NCBI GenBank assembly: GCA_963701965.1 | Contig: OY969695.1 | Coordinates: 1,696,001-1,760,000, forward strand | Direction of reading: 5' to 3' | DNA from: an uncultured Gemmatimonadales bacterium | Lineage (GTDB): Bacteria > Gemmatimonadota > Gemmatimonadetes > Gemmatimonadales > Gemmatimonadaceae | DNA length: 64,000 nucleotides | Shown here: positions 1 to 10,852 of the stretch, piece by piece | Position numbering within the stretch: the first letter of the stretch is position 1 | Layout of the letters: every line of letters starts with the position of its first letter | Program-made: the position numbers and the translations under genes | Notes under the pieces: model-generated | Database searches by the model: none | Told to the model about the DNA's origin: nothing | The model's input: the letters and a program-made list of their open reading frames with translations, nothing else

Positions 1-333
1 GGCGACCGCTCCAGCGCGACATCTGTGGATGTCGGCCAGCGGCACCTCGGATGTCGTCGTGGGCCCGAAGGGTCCGTACCTGATCAGGCGAGCCACGCCG
101 GCCGTGCCATCGATCACGACGCGCCGGTCGGCCGCGTTCAGCAACATGACGCACCCCACGAGGGCGAATATCCCGCACACGACGTAGGGCACGAATGGCA
201 CGCGGGCATGCGTCACGATCATGGCGGCGATGATGCCGCCGCCCATGGCCAACAACGCGGCGCCAATGCCCCTCATGGGCCACGCGCTTTCGTGACAGAC
301 GACGAGGCCCGGGCGCTGCTCGACGAGGCGCAT
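1..333 (-). CDS. Hypothetical membrane protein, 5' part (runs off left edge)
   Basis: Read manually on the minus strand: ATG at 333, MRLVEQRPGLVVCHESAWPMRGIGAALLAMGGGIIAAMIV...YVVCGIFALVGCVMLL with two hydrophobic helices. The + strand ORF 25..369 is its shadow. Confidence 0.65.
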   Translation of the reverse strand, partial: MRLVEQRPGLVVCHESAWPMRGIGAALLAMGGGIIAAMIVTHARVPFVPYVVCGIFALVGCVMLLNAADRRVVIDGTAGVARLIRYGPFGPTTTSEVPLADIHRCRAGAVA

Positions 334-370
334 CTCCGGAACAGACGACCCGGGGATAACTTATCGTAAC

Positions 371-907
371 ATGCTCCCCATTCGAGTCCGCCCCGCGGGC
401 ATCAACGATACGGCGGCACTCACGGCGTTCGCGGCGCGGACGTTCCACGCGACGTACCACGCGTTCAACACGGCGGAGAACATGGCGGGCTACATGGCGG
501 CCGCGTTCACCCCGGAGCGCATGCGGGCCGAGATCGTCGATCCGGCGGGGTTCGTCCTGCTCGCCGAGTCCGACGAGATCGTGGGATACGCCGCGATCGC
601 GGGGCCACCGGCACCGGCAGCCGTCCCGTACGCGGGCGCGCTCGAGATCAAGCGCTTTTACGTCAATGGGGCGTGGCACGGTCACGGCATTGCCCAGACA
701 CTGATGCGCGCGGTCATCGAGACGGCGCGCGCCCGCGGCGCGCCGGCGGTGTGGCTCGGCGTGTGGAATCAGAATCCGCGGGCCATCGCGTTCTATCGGA
801 AATCGGGGTTTACCGATGCGGGCGCGCATGCGTTTCAACTCGGCGACGAAACGCAATCCGACATCCTCATGGTGCGGGAGACGGTCCCGGAGTTGCATCT
901 TCCCTGA
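371..907 (+). CDS. GNAT N-acetyltransferase (PaiA-like)
   Basis: EIKRFYV, HGHGIAQTLM acetyl-CoA motif, VWLGVWNQNPRAIAFYRKSGF and FQLGDETQSD are typical of PaiA-type GNATs. Confidence 0.9.
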   Translation: MLPIRVRPAGINDTAALTAFAARTFHATYHAFNTAENMAGYMAAAFTPERMRAEIVDPAGFVLLAESDEIVGYAAIAGPPAPAAVPYAGALEIKRFYVNGAWHGHGIAQTLMRAVIETARARGAPAVWLGVWNQNPRAIAFYRKSGFTDAGAHAFQLGDETQSDILMVRETVPELHLP

Positions 908-909
908 CC

Positions 910-1650
910 ATGCTTTCGACCAAAAAAATCTACGGTGCGCTGCTCCTGGTCACGGCCAGCGTCGCCGGTGCGCAGGACACGACCAAGACCCCACGACCAC
1001 CCGTCGTGGTGTTTCACGGAGATCTCGGGTACGTCAGCACGACGGGGAATACCCAGGTCTCGACCTTCAACTTCACGGATCAACTCACGATCCACACGAG
1101 CCCCGTCAACAAGATCGATCAGAACCTGGGATGGGTGTACGGCCAGAATGACAATGTGGTGCAGACGAACATCTGGACGGCGTCTCTCCGCGACGAGTAT
1201 GCGCTGACCAAGCAGATCGGTCTCTACGCGCAGGTCGGATTCGATCGCAACCCGTTCGCGGGCATCGATCGCCGCCTGGAGGAAGGCGGGGGCCTGGCGA
1301 TCACGCCGGTCCTGCCGGCGCGGCACAAGCTGGAGTTCGACGCCGGTGCGGCCTACATCGAGCAACGATCGCTGCCCGACAGCACCGACAACCACGCGAC
1401 CGCGCGGGGCGCTGTCACTTACCGCTATACGTTCGGCAAAGACACGTACGCGCAGCAGTCGGTCGAGGCGCTCCCCAGCCTCGAAGAGCGCTCGGACTTT
1501 CGCATCAACTCCGAGACCGACCTCGTCGCCCCGCTCTCGCGTCACTTCGCGATCAAGTTGGGCTACACGATCCACTACGCGAACCTGCCACCGCCGGGCT
1601 TCAAGACGACCGACCGTCTCTTCACGTCGGACCTCCAAGTGACGTTCTGA
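910..1650 (+). CDS. DUF481/YdiY-family outer-membrane beta-barrel protein
   Basis: Signal peptide, LGYVSTTGNT N-terminal strand, amphipathic strands, C-terminal Phe (LQVTF). Confidence 0.8.
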   Translation: MLSTKKIYGALLLVTASVAGAQDTTKTPRPPVVVFHGDLGYVSTTGNTQVSTFNFTDQLTIHTSPVNKIDQNLGWVYGQNDNVVQTNIWTASLRDEYALTKQIGLYAQVGFDRNPFAGIDRRLEEGGGLAITPVLPARHKLEFDAGAAYIEQRSLPDSTDNHATARGAVTYRYTFGKDTYAQQSVEALPSLEERSDFRINSETDLVAPLSRHFAIKLGYTIHYANLPPPGFKTTDRLFTSDLQVTF

Positions 1651-2963
1651 CACTCTCGATGATCTTCGACCAGGGCGTCGTGGCGTAGTGCATGCCGTAC
1701 GCCCGGTCGACATCGAGATGCTCGCGGGCCACGGCGCCGGCCGCCTCCCGCAGATACTCCGGCGTAAACCAGGTCGTGCTATCGTTCGGCGCGAAGAGAT
1801 CGCTGGAGTAGAGCAGCTTGTCGGCCGGCCAATAGACCATCATCTGCGCGCGCCCGTCTCCGCGCGATAGGGCACGATGCGCACCGTGCCGACGTCGACC
1901 GGCGCCGACACCACGCGCCACACGGGTTGCCGCGGCGCCCGCTGCAGTGAATCGGGGAACGTACGGTGGACCGCGCGCAGCGCGCGGGTCAGGATCGGCA
2001 CATTGAGATCGAGCGCGTAGATCGGGATGCCCCGCGCCGCATACTCGCGGATGCCCCATGTGCGGCCACGAGTCCGACGTCGTGATGACGCCCTTGACCG
2101 GCCGTCCCGGATATCGGCGCGCCACTTCGGCGAGCGCCTGCCGCGAATATCCGGAGGAGATCGGCGCCTCCAGAACGAGGATCCCGTCGGGTTGCACGAT
2201 CAGCGACACGTTCCAGGCGCCGGGCAAGAGAACGACGCCGGGCGCGACGTCTTGCGCGCGCTCCCCGTGCAGCACCGCCTCGTCGAGCGAACGGCGGTGC
2301 CGCGCGACGAACATCGCCTGGGTGGCCGAGTCGATGGCGAACGCGCTGTCCGGCACCGGGACGTCGAAGGCGAGCGCGGTGATGGATCGCGCCTCGTCCG
2401 GCAATCCGTTGCGCGTCCATTGGCGCTGCCGCGGCACCCGCACGCCATTGGGCTCCAACGTCCACATCGAGTACTCGTACCGCGTCACGAAGTCCCCCCA
2501 GACGTAGCAGCGCCACGTCCGGTTGGCGCACCAGATCCGGCGCGGCGAGCGCCTCCAACACGACGCGCGTCGGGAAATTCGCGAGCTCCTCATCGAGATC
2601 ATGCACCATCGGGTCGCCGCCGGTCGCCGTCGTGCGCGTCGCGCGCCCCGTCGCCGGCGGCGCGAAGTCCGGTGCTTGCAGCCACCATTCATTCTGCGAG
2701 TATCCCCGGGAGCGGAACGTCACGCGCATGCGCCCGCCAGTGAAGTCGAGCAGCTGCGTCTCGTCTTCGTAGTCCTGGAACCACGGACCCTCGGGGCGCT
2801 CCGACTGCTCCAGCATGTTCCGATGCCCGATGCTGGCGATCTGCACGCTGTGTATCGCGCGCAACCGCGCCTCGCCACCCATGGCGTCGATCGACCGCCG
2901 GATGAGACCGCGCGCCGTCGAGTCTGCCGGCACCACGAGCAGCATCGTCAAGAGAAACGTCAT
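1622..2963 (-). pseudogene. Secreted metallo-beta-lactamase-fold protein, broken by frameshifts (~2505, ~2055, ~1843) and probably an internal deletion
   Basis: N-terminus ARGLIRRSIDAMGGEARL and C-terminal MBL-fold elements (GILVLEAP, VITTSDSWPH, GIREYAARG, LLYSSDL, GMH) are spread over three frames. Confidence 0.65.
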
Positions 2964-3065
2964 GGGGCGGAGACTGCGGCCTGTCCCCTGCGGTTGCCAC
3001 CATGATGTCGCAAACGGCGGCGCGGGTGTCGCCAGCGGCGCAAAGTTTGCCCCGGCTCCGTTGTC

Positions 3066-3359
3066 ATGGATGAAGTCGTCGTGCAATTCAACGAGATGTT
3101 TAGCGCGAGCGACGGCGTGCCGTATCTGCCCCGCGTCTGCGCCCGCGAAGATGACATCGGCCGCTGGGAGGGCTGGCTCGAGTTCGACTCGCCCTTGGGC
3201 GGGCCCCCGCTCCGCTCGGCGCGCGAGACGGTCCAGCCCAACCGCGCCGATCTCGCCTACTGGGCCGGCGGGCTCACACGGGTGTATCTGGAGGGCGCCC
3301 TGCGGCGCGCCGAGGACGAAACGCGACGCAACTGGTACGAGGATGACCTGAGCGGATAG
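3066..3359 (+). CDS. Small hypothetical protein (97 aa)
   Basis: Protein-like composition and GC3 bias; motif WEGWLEF...RETVQPNRADLAYWAGGLTRVYLEGALRRA. Confidence 0.7.
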   Translation: MDEVVVQFNEMFSASDGVPYLPRVCAREDDIGRWEGWLEFDSPLGGPPLRSARETVQPNRADLAYWAGGLTRVYLEGALRRAEDETRRNWYEDDLSG

Positions 3360-3385
3360 GCGGGATGGTGCCATTCTTGAGCACC

Positions 3386-4006
3386 ATGAAAGTGCTCGTC
3401 CTTGGCGCCTCCGGACGCCTGGGCCGCGTCCTCGTGATGCGCGCCCTCTCTGCCGGCCACACCGTCACCGCCTTCACGCGTACGCCGGCACAATATCTGT
3501 CCGGCGATCCATCCGTTCGCATCTACGGCGGCAGCGTCGGCCAACCCCGCGCCGTCCGCGCCGCCGTGCGCGATCAAGATGCGGTCATCTGGGCGGTGGC
3601 GCCGGCGGAGCTGGACGGCCTGCGGCTCGTGCTGCGGGAGATGACCAGCGCGGGGACGCGGAGCGTCATCCACGTGAGTGACGCCGCGGCGAGCTCGGAC
3701 ACGCGCTCCGCGGGGGGCGCGGCCGCGCGGCTCCTGGAGAGCGTCACCGGCCGCTCGCCGGGTCGCGCCGCCCGCGACCGCGAGTCGGTGGTCTCTGATA
3801 GCCCGCTGGAATGGACCATTGTGCGGCCGGCGCGCCTCACCCTCGGCCCCCTCACAGGAACATATGCCGCGACCGTTGATCCGGAGGCCGTCCGCATGAC
3901 GAGCATCTCGCGCGCCGACGTCGCCGCGTTCATTACCACGCAGCTGGCCGACCGCACGTTCGTCGGACAGGCGCCCCATCTAACGTCCACGAGCGGCCGG
4001 GTGTAG
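3386..4006 (+). CDS. NAD(P)H-binding Rossmann protein (atypical SDR, flavin reductase/BLVRB-like)
   Basis: MKVLVLGASGRLG, LEWTIVRPARL, ISRADVAAF. Alternative start at 3365. Confidence 0.85.
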   Translation: MKVLVLGASGRLGRVLVMRALSAGHTVTAFTRTPAQYLSGDPSVRIYGGSVGQPRAVRAAVRDQDAVIWAVAPAELDGLRLVLREMTSAGTRSVIHVSDAAASSDTRSAGGAAARLLESVTGRSPGRAARDRESVVSDSPLEWTIVRPARLTLGPLTGTYAATVDPEAVRMTSISRADVAAFITTQLADRTFVGQAPHLTSTSGRV

Positions 4007-4017
4007 GTTGACGCTCC

Positions 4018-5331
4018 ATGGCACCCTCCAACGCCCTCCCCAAGGACTGGACGACGGCGGGACGCATCCCGTCGTACCAGGATTGGCTCACCGAGACCAA
4101 CCGCGGCGCGTTCAAGCCGCGTAGCAAACTGCTGCAGCGCGTCGATCAGGCGATCAAGCAGTGGAATCTCACGCCGAACGCCGACACGACCATCACGCTC
4201 TCCAATGCGATCGACGTGTGGCGCCGGTCCAATCCCGAGTGGGAGAAGCGCAACAAGACGGGCACCATCAGCAAGACAATGTCGGCGCTCGCCCACTTCA
4301 AGCGACTGGATTTCCACGCCAAGTTCACGTCGGCCGACGTCATGGCGCTGCAGTGCATCCGCGAGGAGCGCGAGGCACTCCTCCAGCGGTTCATCGGCAA
4401 GGACGTCACGTTCAAGGGCAAACACGTCCGCGCCAAGCTCAAAGAGGCGGTCGACGACTTCAAGTCGGACGTGCGCGCCGCGCCGGGCTACGTCCAGAAG
4501 CTGACGCCCCAACAAGCCGTCAACGACCTGCAGGGCGCCCTCACGAAAATGGCGGCGGCGATCTTCTGCGTCGACAACCTGACGGTGATCGGCGACATCA
4601 TGAGCTACATCTCGCCGCTCATCGGCCAGTGCGCGGCCAGCGCGGCGCCGTTCGTCTCCAACATCACGGGCATCTACAACTGCTGCAGCACGCTGGCGAT
4701 CGCCTGCAAGAAGGTGTACGAGGAGAACGATGCCTGGAAGCACGTTCCCTACGCTATCGATACGGGCACGCCCAGCGCGGCATTCAAGGGCCTGTCCAAG
4801 TGCATGGAGCGGGAGACCAACAGCGCGCTGGCCAGCGCCGCAAACGCCAGTGTCTCGTTCGCGGCCCAGACGGCGCTCATCTTCGCGGACGGCGGCGTGT
4901 TCAGCGGCCCCGCCGTCGGTCTGGCGAGCTGGATGGCCAGCGTTTCCCAGACCCTAATGTTGTTGGCCATGGAGTGGCGGGCGACGAACAAGTACAACGA
5001 GTTGATCGCCGCGGCCAAAGCCAGCCAGGACAAGCTCGATTGGGACGTGTTCAAGGTCTACCCGCTCATCGGCTGCTATTACCTGGTCATCGGCAACACC
5101 AGCGACATCATTCCGATCGACTACTTCGGGGAGCGGGACTGGATGACGCGGTTCGAGCGGGTCAAGCGCGACCACTTCGATAGCATCTACGACAAGGCCT
5201 GCGACCTGATCGACGCCTCGCCGTGGGAGATCATCGGCCTCCCCAAGCGGAAACAGGGCACCAGCCTGACGCTGGGCAGTCTCGCCAGCTTCGCCTTCGA
5301 CCAGGGCGCGGGAATAGTCGGCCAGGCCTGA
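4018..5331 (+). CDS. Hypothetical protein (437 aa)
   Basis: Long ORF with strong GC3 coding bias; no family I recognise; no signal peptide. Confidence 0.8.
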   Translation: MAPSNALPKDWTTAGRIPSYQDWLTETNRGAFKPRSKLLQRVDQAIKQWNLTPNADTTITLSNAIDVWRRSNPEWEKRNKTGTISKTMSALAHFKRLDFHAKFTSADVMALQCIREEREALLQRFIGKDVTFKGKHVRAKLKEAVDDFKSDVRAAPGYVQKLTPQQAVNDLQGALTKMAAAIFCVDNLTVIGDIMSYISPLIGQCAASAAPFVSNITGIYNCCSTLAIACKKVYEENDAWKHVPYAIDTGTPSAAFKGLSKCMERETNSALASAANASVSFAAQTALIFADGGVFSGPAVGLASWMASVSQTLMLLAMEWRATNKYNELIAAAKASQDKLDWDVFKVYPLIGCYYLVIGNTSDIIPIDYFGERDWMTRFERVKRDHFDSIYDKACDLIDASPWEIIGLPKRKQGTSLTLGSLASFAFDQGAGIVGQA

Positions 5332-5386
5332 GCATTTCTGACGGGTGGTGCGTATACAGCGTGTCACCGACCCGTTGGGAGTCCTG

Positions 5387-7375
5387 ATGCATCGTTTCGC
5401 CGCCGCCATCTGTCTCGCGTGTGCCCTGTCGCAACCGGCTCTCGCCCAGCACCGGGCGATGACGGTCGGCGATATGGCGCTGGAAAAAGGCGTGGGCGAT
5501 CCGCGGCTCTCGCCCGACGGACGCACGGTCGCCTACGTCCGCACCACGACCGACTACACGACGGACGCGATCACGAACGAGATCGTGCTGATCGATCTCG
5601 CCTCCGGCAAGGCGACGCATACGTTTGCGGGAACGTCGCCGCGCTGGTCGCCCGACGGGGCGGCGATCGCCTATACCGTGAAAACCGGCATCTCGGTCTA
5701 CGACGTGGCGTCAGGTCAGTCGCGTACCGTGGCCACGGTCTACGAGACCGACAACTGGACCGGCAATGCCACGCTCAAGAACTTCGCGTGGTCGCCAGAC
5801 GGCGCCTCGATCGCGTTCGTGGGGACGGAGGCTCCGCGTCCCGCACCCACCAGCAATGTCCGGGCGTACTCGCGCATCATGTACAAGACGCGGACGGGCT
5901 TCACCGACGATCGGCGCACCCACATCTGGGTCGTGTCGGCGAAGGGTGACGAGCCGCGCGTGTTGACGCCGGGCAATCACGATGAGCATTCGTTGGCCTG
6001 GTCGCCCGACAGCAAACGGATCGCGTTCGTCAGCGACCGGTCGCCGGATCCCGACAACGCGTATCACAACGACTTGTGGACGGTGGATGTCGCCAGTGGC
6101 GCCATCACGCGCCTGACCGACACGCCGGGCGCCGAGTTCGCCCCCGTCTGGTCGGCGGATGGCACCCAGCTGGCCTATCCGGCGTGGACGCGCCCGCACA
6201 ATACCAAAGACAGTCCGTCCGAGGATACCCACGCCTGGGTGATCGCGGCGACCGGCGGCGCGCCGCACCAGTTGGCCCCGACGCTCGACCGGCGCATCTC
6301 GGAAGTCAGCTGGCAACCCGGCGCGCCCGTCGTGTATTTCGCGGCGACGGATCACGGCTCGAGCGCCATCTACCGCGCGCCGGCCGCCGGCGGCGCCGCG
6401 CAGCGGCTTGTCAACTGTCTGTGCACCGTTCGGCAGTACTCGTTCGACAAAGCCGGGAAGCTCATGACATTCGTCAAGACGGACGTCACGCACCCGCCCG
6501 AGGTCTGGATCTCCGCGACCGACGGTTCCGGGGCCCGGCAGCTGACGCACGATCAGGACGCGCTCCTGGCACAGGTCACCATGGCCGACGCCGAGATGGT
6601 GGAAGTGCCGAGCTTCGACGGGACGCGCGTGCAGGGATGGGTCATGAAGCCGGTGGGCCTCCGCGAGGGGCAGCGGTACCCACTCATCCTCTCGATTCAC
6701 GGCGGCCCCCACGGCATGTTCGGCTACACGTTCTCCGACCGGTTCCAGATGCTCGTCGGCCGGGGATATGGCGTCGTGTTCCTCAACCCGCGCGGGAGCT
6801 CGGGTTACGGGCAGACGTTCTCCGACGGCACGGTGCTCAACTGGGGTGGCGGCGACTACAAGGACTTGATGATCGGGCTCGATAGCGCGATCCACCGGAA
6901 CGCGTCGTGGGTCGACACGGCACGCCTGGGCGTTACCGGCGGCAGCTACGGCGGGTTCATGACCAACTGGGTCATCACCCAGACGCCGCGGTTCAAGGCG
7001 GCGGTGTCCGTCGCCAGCGTGAGCAATCTGATCAGCTTCTACGGCACGTCGTTATACACGGACCTCATTGAGGCCGAGTTCAACATGAGCCCCAAGGACA
7101 ACTACCCGTTGCTCTGGCAGTGGTCGCCGCTCGCCCACGTGGAGCACGTGACGACGCCGACGCTGTTCTTGCATGGCGAGATCGACCACGATGTGCCGAT
7201 CACGCAGGCCGAAGAGATGTACGTGGCGCTCGGGAAGCTCGGCGTGCCGACGACCATCGTCCGCTATCCGAACGAAGGGCACGGATTCCGGCAGCCCACC
7301 CACATCGTCGACAGCATCAAGCGCACGGATCAGTGGTTCGACCAATATCTGCGGTCCGGCGCCGTGACGCAGTAG
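5387..7375 (+). CDS. Secreted S9-family (prolyl oligopeptidase/acylaminoacyl) peptidase
   Basis: Signal peptide, WSPDG (PD40) repeats, IHGGPH, nucleophile GGSYGG, Asp in GEIDHDVP, His in NEGHG. Confidence 0.93.
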   Translation: MHRFAAAICLACALSQPALAQHRAMTVGDMALEKGVGDPRLSPDGRTVAYVRTTTDYTTDAITNEIVLIDLASGKATHTFAGTSPRWSPDGAAIAYTVKTGISVYDVASGQSRTVATVYETDNWTGNATLKNFAWSPDGASIAFVGTEAPRPAPTSNVRAYSRIMYKTRTGFTDDRRTHIWVVSAKGDEPRVLTPGNHDEHSLAWSPDSKRIAFVSDRSPDPDNAYHNDLWTVDVASGAITRLTDTPGAEFAPVWSADGTQLAYPAWTRPHNTKDSPSEDTHAWVIAATGGAPHQLAPTLDRRISEVSWQPGAPVVYFAATDHGSSAIYRAPAAGGAAQRLVNCLCTVRQYSFDKAGKLMTFVKTDVTHPPEVWISATDGSGARQLTHDQDALLAQVTMADAEMVEVPSFDGTRVQGWVMKPVGLREGQRYPLILSIHGGPHGMFGYTFSDRFQMLVGRGYGVVFLNPRGSSGYGQTFSDGTVLNWGGGDYKDLMIGLDSAIHRNASWVDTARLGVTGGSYGGFMTNWVITQTPRFKAAVSVASVSNLISFYGTSLYTDLIEAEFNMSPKDNYPLLWQWSPLAHVEHVTTPTLFLHGEIDHDVPITQAEEMYVALGKLGVPTTIVRYPNEGHGFRQPTHIVDSIKRTDQWFDQYLRSGAVTQ

Positions 7376-7383
7376 ACTCGAGA

Positions 7384-8595
7384 TCAGACGCGCTCGACGA
7401 TAGTGGCGATGCCCTGACCGCCACCGATACAGAGGGTGATGAGTCCGGTGGCTAGATCGCGCCGCTCCAACTCGTCGAGCACCGTTCCCACGAGCATCGC
7501 GCCGGTCGCGCCCAACGGGTGGCCCAGCGCGATGGCGCCCCCGTTCACGTTGACGCGCGCGGGGTCGATGTTCAACTCGCGCATCGTCATGATCGGCACC
7601 ACCGCGAACGCCTCGTTGATCTCCCAGAGATCGATGTCGGTGACCGACATGCCGGCCGCGGCCAACGCTTTGCGCGACGCGGGCGCCGGCGCGGTCAGCA
7701 TGATGAGCGGCTCGCTCCCGATCGTGGCCATGGCCCGTATGCGGGCCCGGGCCTTGAGCCCGTGCGCGCGGACGTATTCCGGCGACGCGACCAGCACCGC
7801 GGCGGCGCCATCGACGATGCCGCTGGAGTTGCCCGCCGTGTGCACGTGGCGGATCGTGCCCGCCTCCGGGTACCGCGCCAGCGCGATCGGGTCCAGCGTG
7901 ACGCCGATCTCGGCGAACGCCGGCGGCAACCCCGCCAACGCCTCCATCGTCGTAGTCGGCCGCGTGTACTCGTCGAAATCGAGGAGCACCGCCCCGGTCG
8001 CCGGATCCGTGACCGGAATCAGGCTGCGGCTGAACCGGCACTCGCGCTGCGCCACGGCGGCCCGGCGCTGCGACTCCAGCGCAAACGCATCGACGTCCGC
8101 CCGTGACACACCGTAGAGGCTGGCGATGAGATCCGCGCTCTCGCCTTGCGGCACCTGATACACGCGCTCGCGGAGCCGCACGTTGCCGCCATCCGTCCCG
8201 CCACCATCCGCGCCCAGCGACAGGTGTGACATGCTCTCGACGCCACCGCCCACCGCGACCTGCTGAACGCCCGCGGCCACGCCCATCGCCGCGAAGTTGA
8301 CCGCCTGGAGCCCCGAGCCGCAGAAGCGATTGATGCTGGTGGCCGACACGTGATCCGGCCATCCGGCCGCCAGAACGGAGTTCCGCGCGATGTTCGCGCC
8401 CTGGACCCCCACCTGCGACACGCAACCGGCGACCACGTCGTCGACGTCATCCGGCGCCACGCCGCTCTTGGCCGCCAGCCCGTTGAGCGCCTGCGCCAAG
8501 AGCTCCTGCGGATGGATCTCCGTCAGGGCGCCTTTCCCGCGCTTCCCCTTTCCGCGCGGTGTGCGTACCGCGTCGACGATCAGTGCCTCGGCCAT
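7384..8595 (-). CDS. Acetyl-CoA C-acyltransferase (thiolase)
   Basis: [15 protein letters not shown] (catalytic Cys), [20 protein letters not shown]. Confidence 0.95.
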   Translation of the reverse strand: MAEALIVDAVRTPRGKGKRGKGALTEIHPQELLAQALNGLAAKSGVAPDDVDDVVAGCVSQVGVQGANIARNSVLAAGWPDHVSATSINRFCGSGLQAVNFAAMGVAAGVQQVAVGGGVESMSHLSLGADGGGTDGGNVRLRERVYQVPQGESADLIASLYGVSRADVDAFALESQRRAAVAQRECRFSRSLIPVTDPATGAVLLDFDEYTRPTTTMEALAGLPPAFAEIGVTLDPIALARYPEAGTIRHVHTAGNSSGIVDGAAAVLVASPEYVRAHGLKARARIRAMATIGSEPLIMLTAPAPASRKALAAAGMSVTDIDLWEINEAFAVVPIMTMRELNIDPARVNVNGGAIALGHPLGATGAMLVGTVLDELERRDLATGLITLCIGGGQGIATIVERV

Positions 8596-8654
8596 TGGTT
8601 CCTCCGGCGTCTGACACTAAAAATCGGAAGAGCGCCCCGCTGGTTCCCCGCCCC

Positions 8655-9947
8655 TCAGGCGCCTACCGTACTGGCCACGCGCGCAAACTCGGCGAACCCT
8701 TCCGCGTCGTTGGCCGCGGCCGCGATGCGTTGGACGCCCTCCAGCAACCGTTCGAGGCTCGTCGCGATCGACAGCCGCAGAAAGTGTTGTCCCTCGGCGC
8801 CGATCCGCCCGAACGACATGCGATCCATGGTCGCCACGCCATACCGCTCCAACAGGAACGCCTGCAACGCGCGCGAGGGCGACGTCCACGCCCCGCCGCT
8901 CTCCATGGCGCCCAGTCGCTCGCAGAGACCGGCCACGTTGGGAAACACATAGAACGCGCCGCGCGGCGTCTGGCAGCGGACGCCCTCGACGCGGTTCAAC
9001 GCCGCGACGACCTTCGTGCGGCGCTCCTCGAACGCGGCGACCATCTGGGCGATGGCCGGTTTCGACGCCGGACTCTCCAACGCCACCGTTCCGGCCACCT
9101 GAATGAACGGCGGAACGCAGGATACCGTGTTGATCGTCAGCTGCTTGAACACGGTCGCCTCTTCCGCGGTCGGCAGGACCGCCCAACCGAGGCGCCAGCC
9201 GGTCATCGCGAACCCTTTCGATGCGCCCGAGGCGATGATCGTGCGTTCCGCCATCCCGTCTTCGGCCGCGATACTGTGATGCGTGGCCCCATTGAACAGG
9301 ATGTCCTCGTAGATCTCGTCGGAGTAGACGCGGACGTCCGGCCGGCACCGCTCCCGGATCGCCGTGGCCATGGCCCGGAGCTCTGGCTGCGTCAGGACGC
9401 CGCCCGTGGGGTTCGACGGCGAGCACAGAATGATGACCTTCGTCCGCTTGGAGAGGCGGGCGATGAGGTCATCCGCCGTGAACGAAAAGCCCGTTTCCTC
9501 GCGCAGCGGCAACGGCACCGGCGTGGCGCCGACGTACGTGATCCACGATTCGTAGATCGGGAATCCGGGACTGGGATAGATCACCTCGTCGCCCGGGTCG
9601 ACATAGGTCTGCATCGTGAAACCGATGGACGGCTTGCCGCCCGTCGTCACGATGACCTGGGCCGGGTCGACGGTGATGCCCCGCGTGCGCCGGATGTGTG
9701 CGGCGATGGCTTCCCGCAGCGGCCGGATGCCCTGGGGATCGGTGTAATGCGAGTTGCCGCGGCGGATTTCGGCGCAGGCGGCCTCGTTGATGTGGGGCGC
9801 GCTGTCGAAATCGGGCTCGCCGATGTTCAACCGAATGACGTCGATCCCTCGGGCGGCGAGTCCCGGGGTCACGCGGGCGATATCGTCGCCCACACGGAAG
9901 GCGTTCTCGGTGCCCAAGGCAGCGAGGCGAGTGGCGAAGAGCGTCAT
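8655..9947 (-). CDS. PLP-dependent class I/II aminotransferase (aspartate aminotransferase family)
   Basis: IGEPDF, SPSNPTG, SDEIYE, ASKGFAMTGWRLG (PLP Lys), GAFYVFP. Confidence 0.93.
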   Translation of the reverse strand: MTLFATRLAALGTENAFRVGDDIARVTPGLAARGIDVIRLNIGEPDFDSAPHINEAACAEIRRGNSHYTDPQGIRPLREAIAAHIRRTRGITVDPAQVIVTTGGKPSIGFTMQTYVDPGDEVIYPSPGFPIYESWITYVGATPVPLPLREETGFSFTADDLIARLSKRTKVIILCSPSNPTGGVLTQPELRAMATAIRERCRPDVRVYSDEIYEDILFNGATHHSIAAEDGMAERTIIASGASKGFAMTGWRLGWAVLPTAEEATVFKQLTINTVSCVPPFIQVAGTVALESPASKPAIAQMVAAFEERRTKVVAALNRVEGVRCQTPRGAFYVFPNVAGLCERLGAMESGGAWTSPSRALQAFLLERYGVATMDRMSFGRIGAEGQHFLRLSIATSLERLLEGVQRIAAAANDAEGFAEFARVASTVGA

Positions 9948-9972
9948 GCCTGAAAACTACTGGATCGAAACG

Positions 9973-10852
9973 TCAGGCGCCGATGCCTTCCGAACCGCGG
10001 GGTACGTGTTGGTCGGCGGGCGTGCCGGCGACCGGCAGGGGAACCGCGATATCGGTGCGGACGAGTCCCGCCGCCACGCGGGCCAGGAAATCGTGGGGCT
10101 CGAGCTGGGTGGCCAGGGACGAGGGCAGGAACCCCGATACCGCCCGGACTTCGTTGGCCAGCCCGCGCGCCGTGGCGTACCCAAGCTTGGCCGCCACATC
10201 GCGCACGCGGGTCGCGCCGGGCGGACCCTGCGACAGGTAGTGATAGGCGCGGACGACGCGCGCCGCCCGCAGCAGCACCCATCCCGACAGCCACCCGGCG
10301 CGATCCAAGGCCTCGTGCAGTCGGCGGCGGTGACGGACGCCGGCCAGCCGGGCGAGATCTTCCACCGTGGTGATCGTATCGGGTGTGCGAAAGAGCTCTT
10401 CGACCGCCCGCGCGACGGCGATCGGCAGCCGCGCCAGCGCCGGACCAAGTCGGGTGAGCAGGATGTCGGCCAGCGCGTCCGCGGGGAGGCTCTCCAGATA
10501 CGCGCGGAACTGCATTGGCGCATCGTCGAAACCCTTGAGCACGAGGTGGCGATGGCCGCGCATGGCGAGCGCCATTCTGGGCCCGCATGGCCGCGGGGGA
10601 CACCGTCGTGTAGCTCACGACGTGGACGGACTCGTGGCGTCCCAGCACGCCGACCAGATCACCGAGCTGCCGGCCGCCCACGAGCGCGGGGTCGACGACG
10701 GCGATATCGACGCGCGAGAGGCGGAGCGCGGCGTCGAGTTCCTCGACCGTGCGGACAACGCGCACGACGTGGCGGCGTCCGGGCACCGCGCGAAACGATG
10801 CCATGAGATGATCGGGGAGCAACGCGACAATCTGCAGGCGGTCCTGCGGCAT
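9973..10852 (-). CDS. Regulator with degenerate receiver-like N-domain and AraC-type HTH; +1 indel at ~10576
   Basis: N-part VVRTVEELDAALRLSRVDIAVVDPAL...VVSYT (REC-like). C-part TVEDLARLAG...RVRDVAAKLGYATARGLANEVRAVSG (double HTH). The two frames join at CAG-A-ATG. Confidence 0.75.

Noticed and set aside
25..369. His-rich + strand ORF
   Set aside because: Shadow of the minus-strand membrane protein (hydrophobic codons read as His/Asp on the opposite strand).
10570..10580. Programmed frameshifting or phase variation in the AraC gene and other split genes
   Set aside because: No slippery heptamer or repeat tract at the junctions; many unrelated genes are affected, so sequencing error is simpler.
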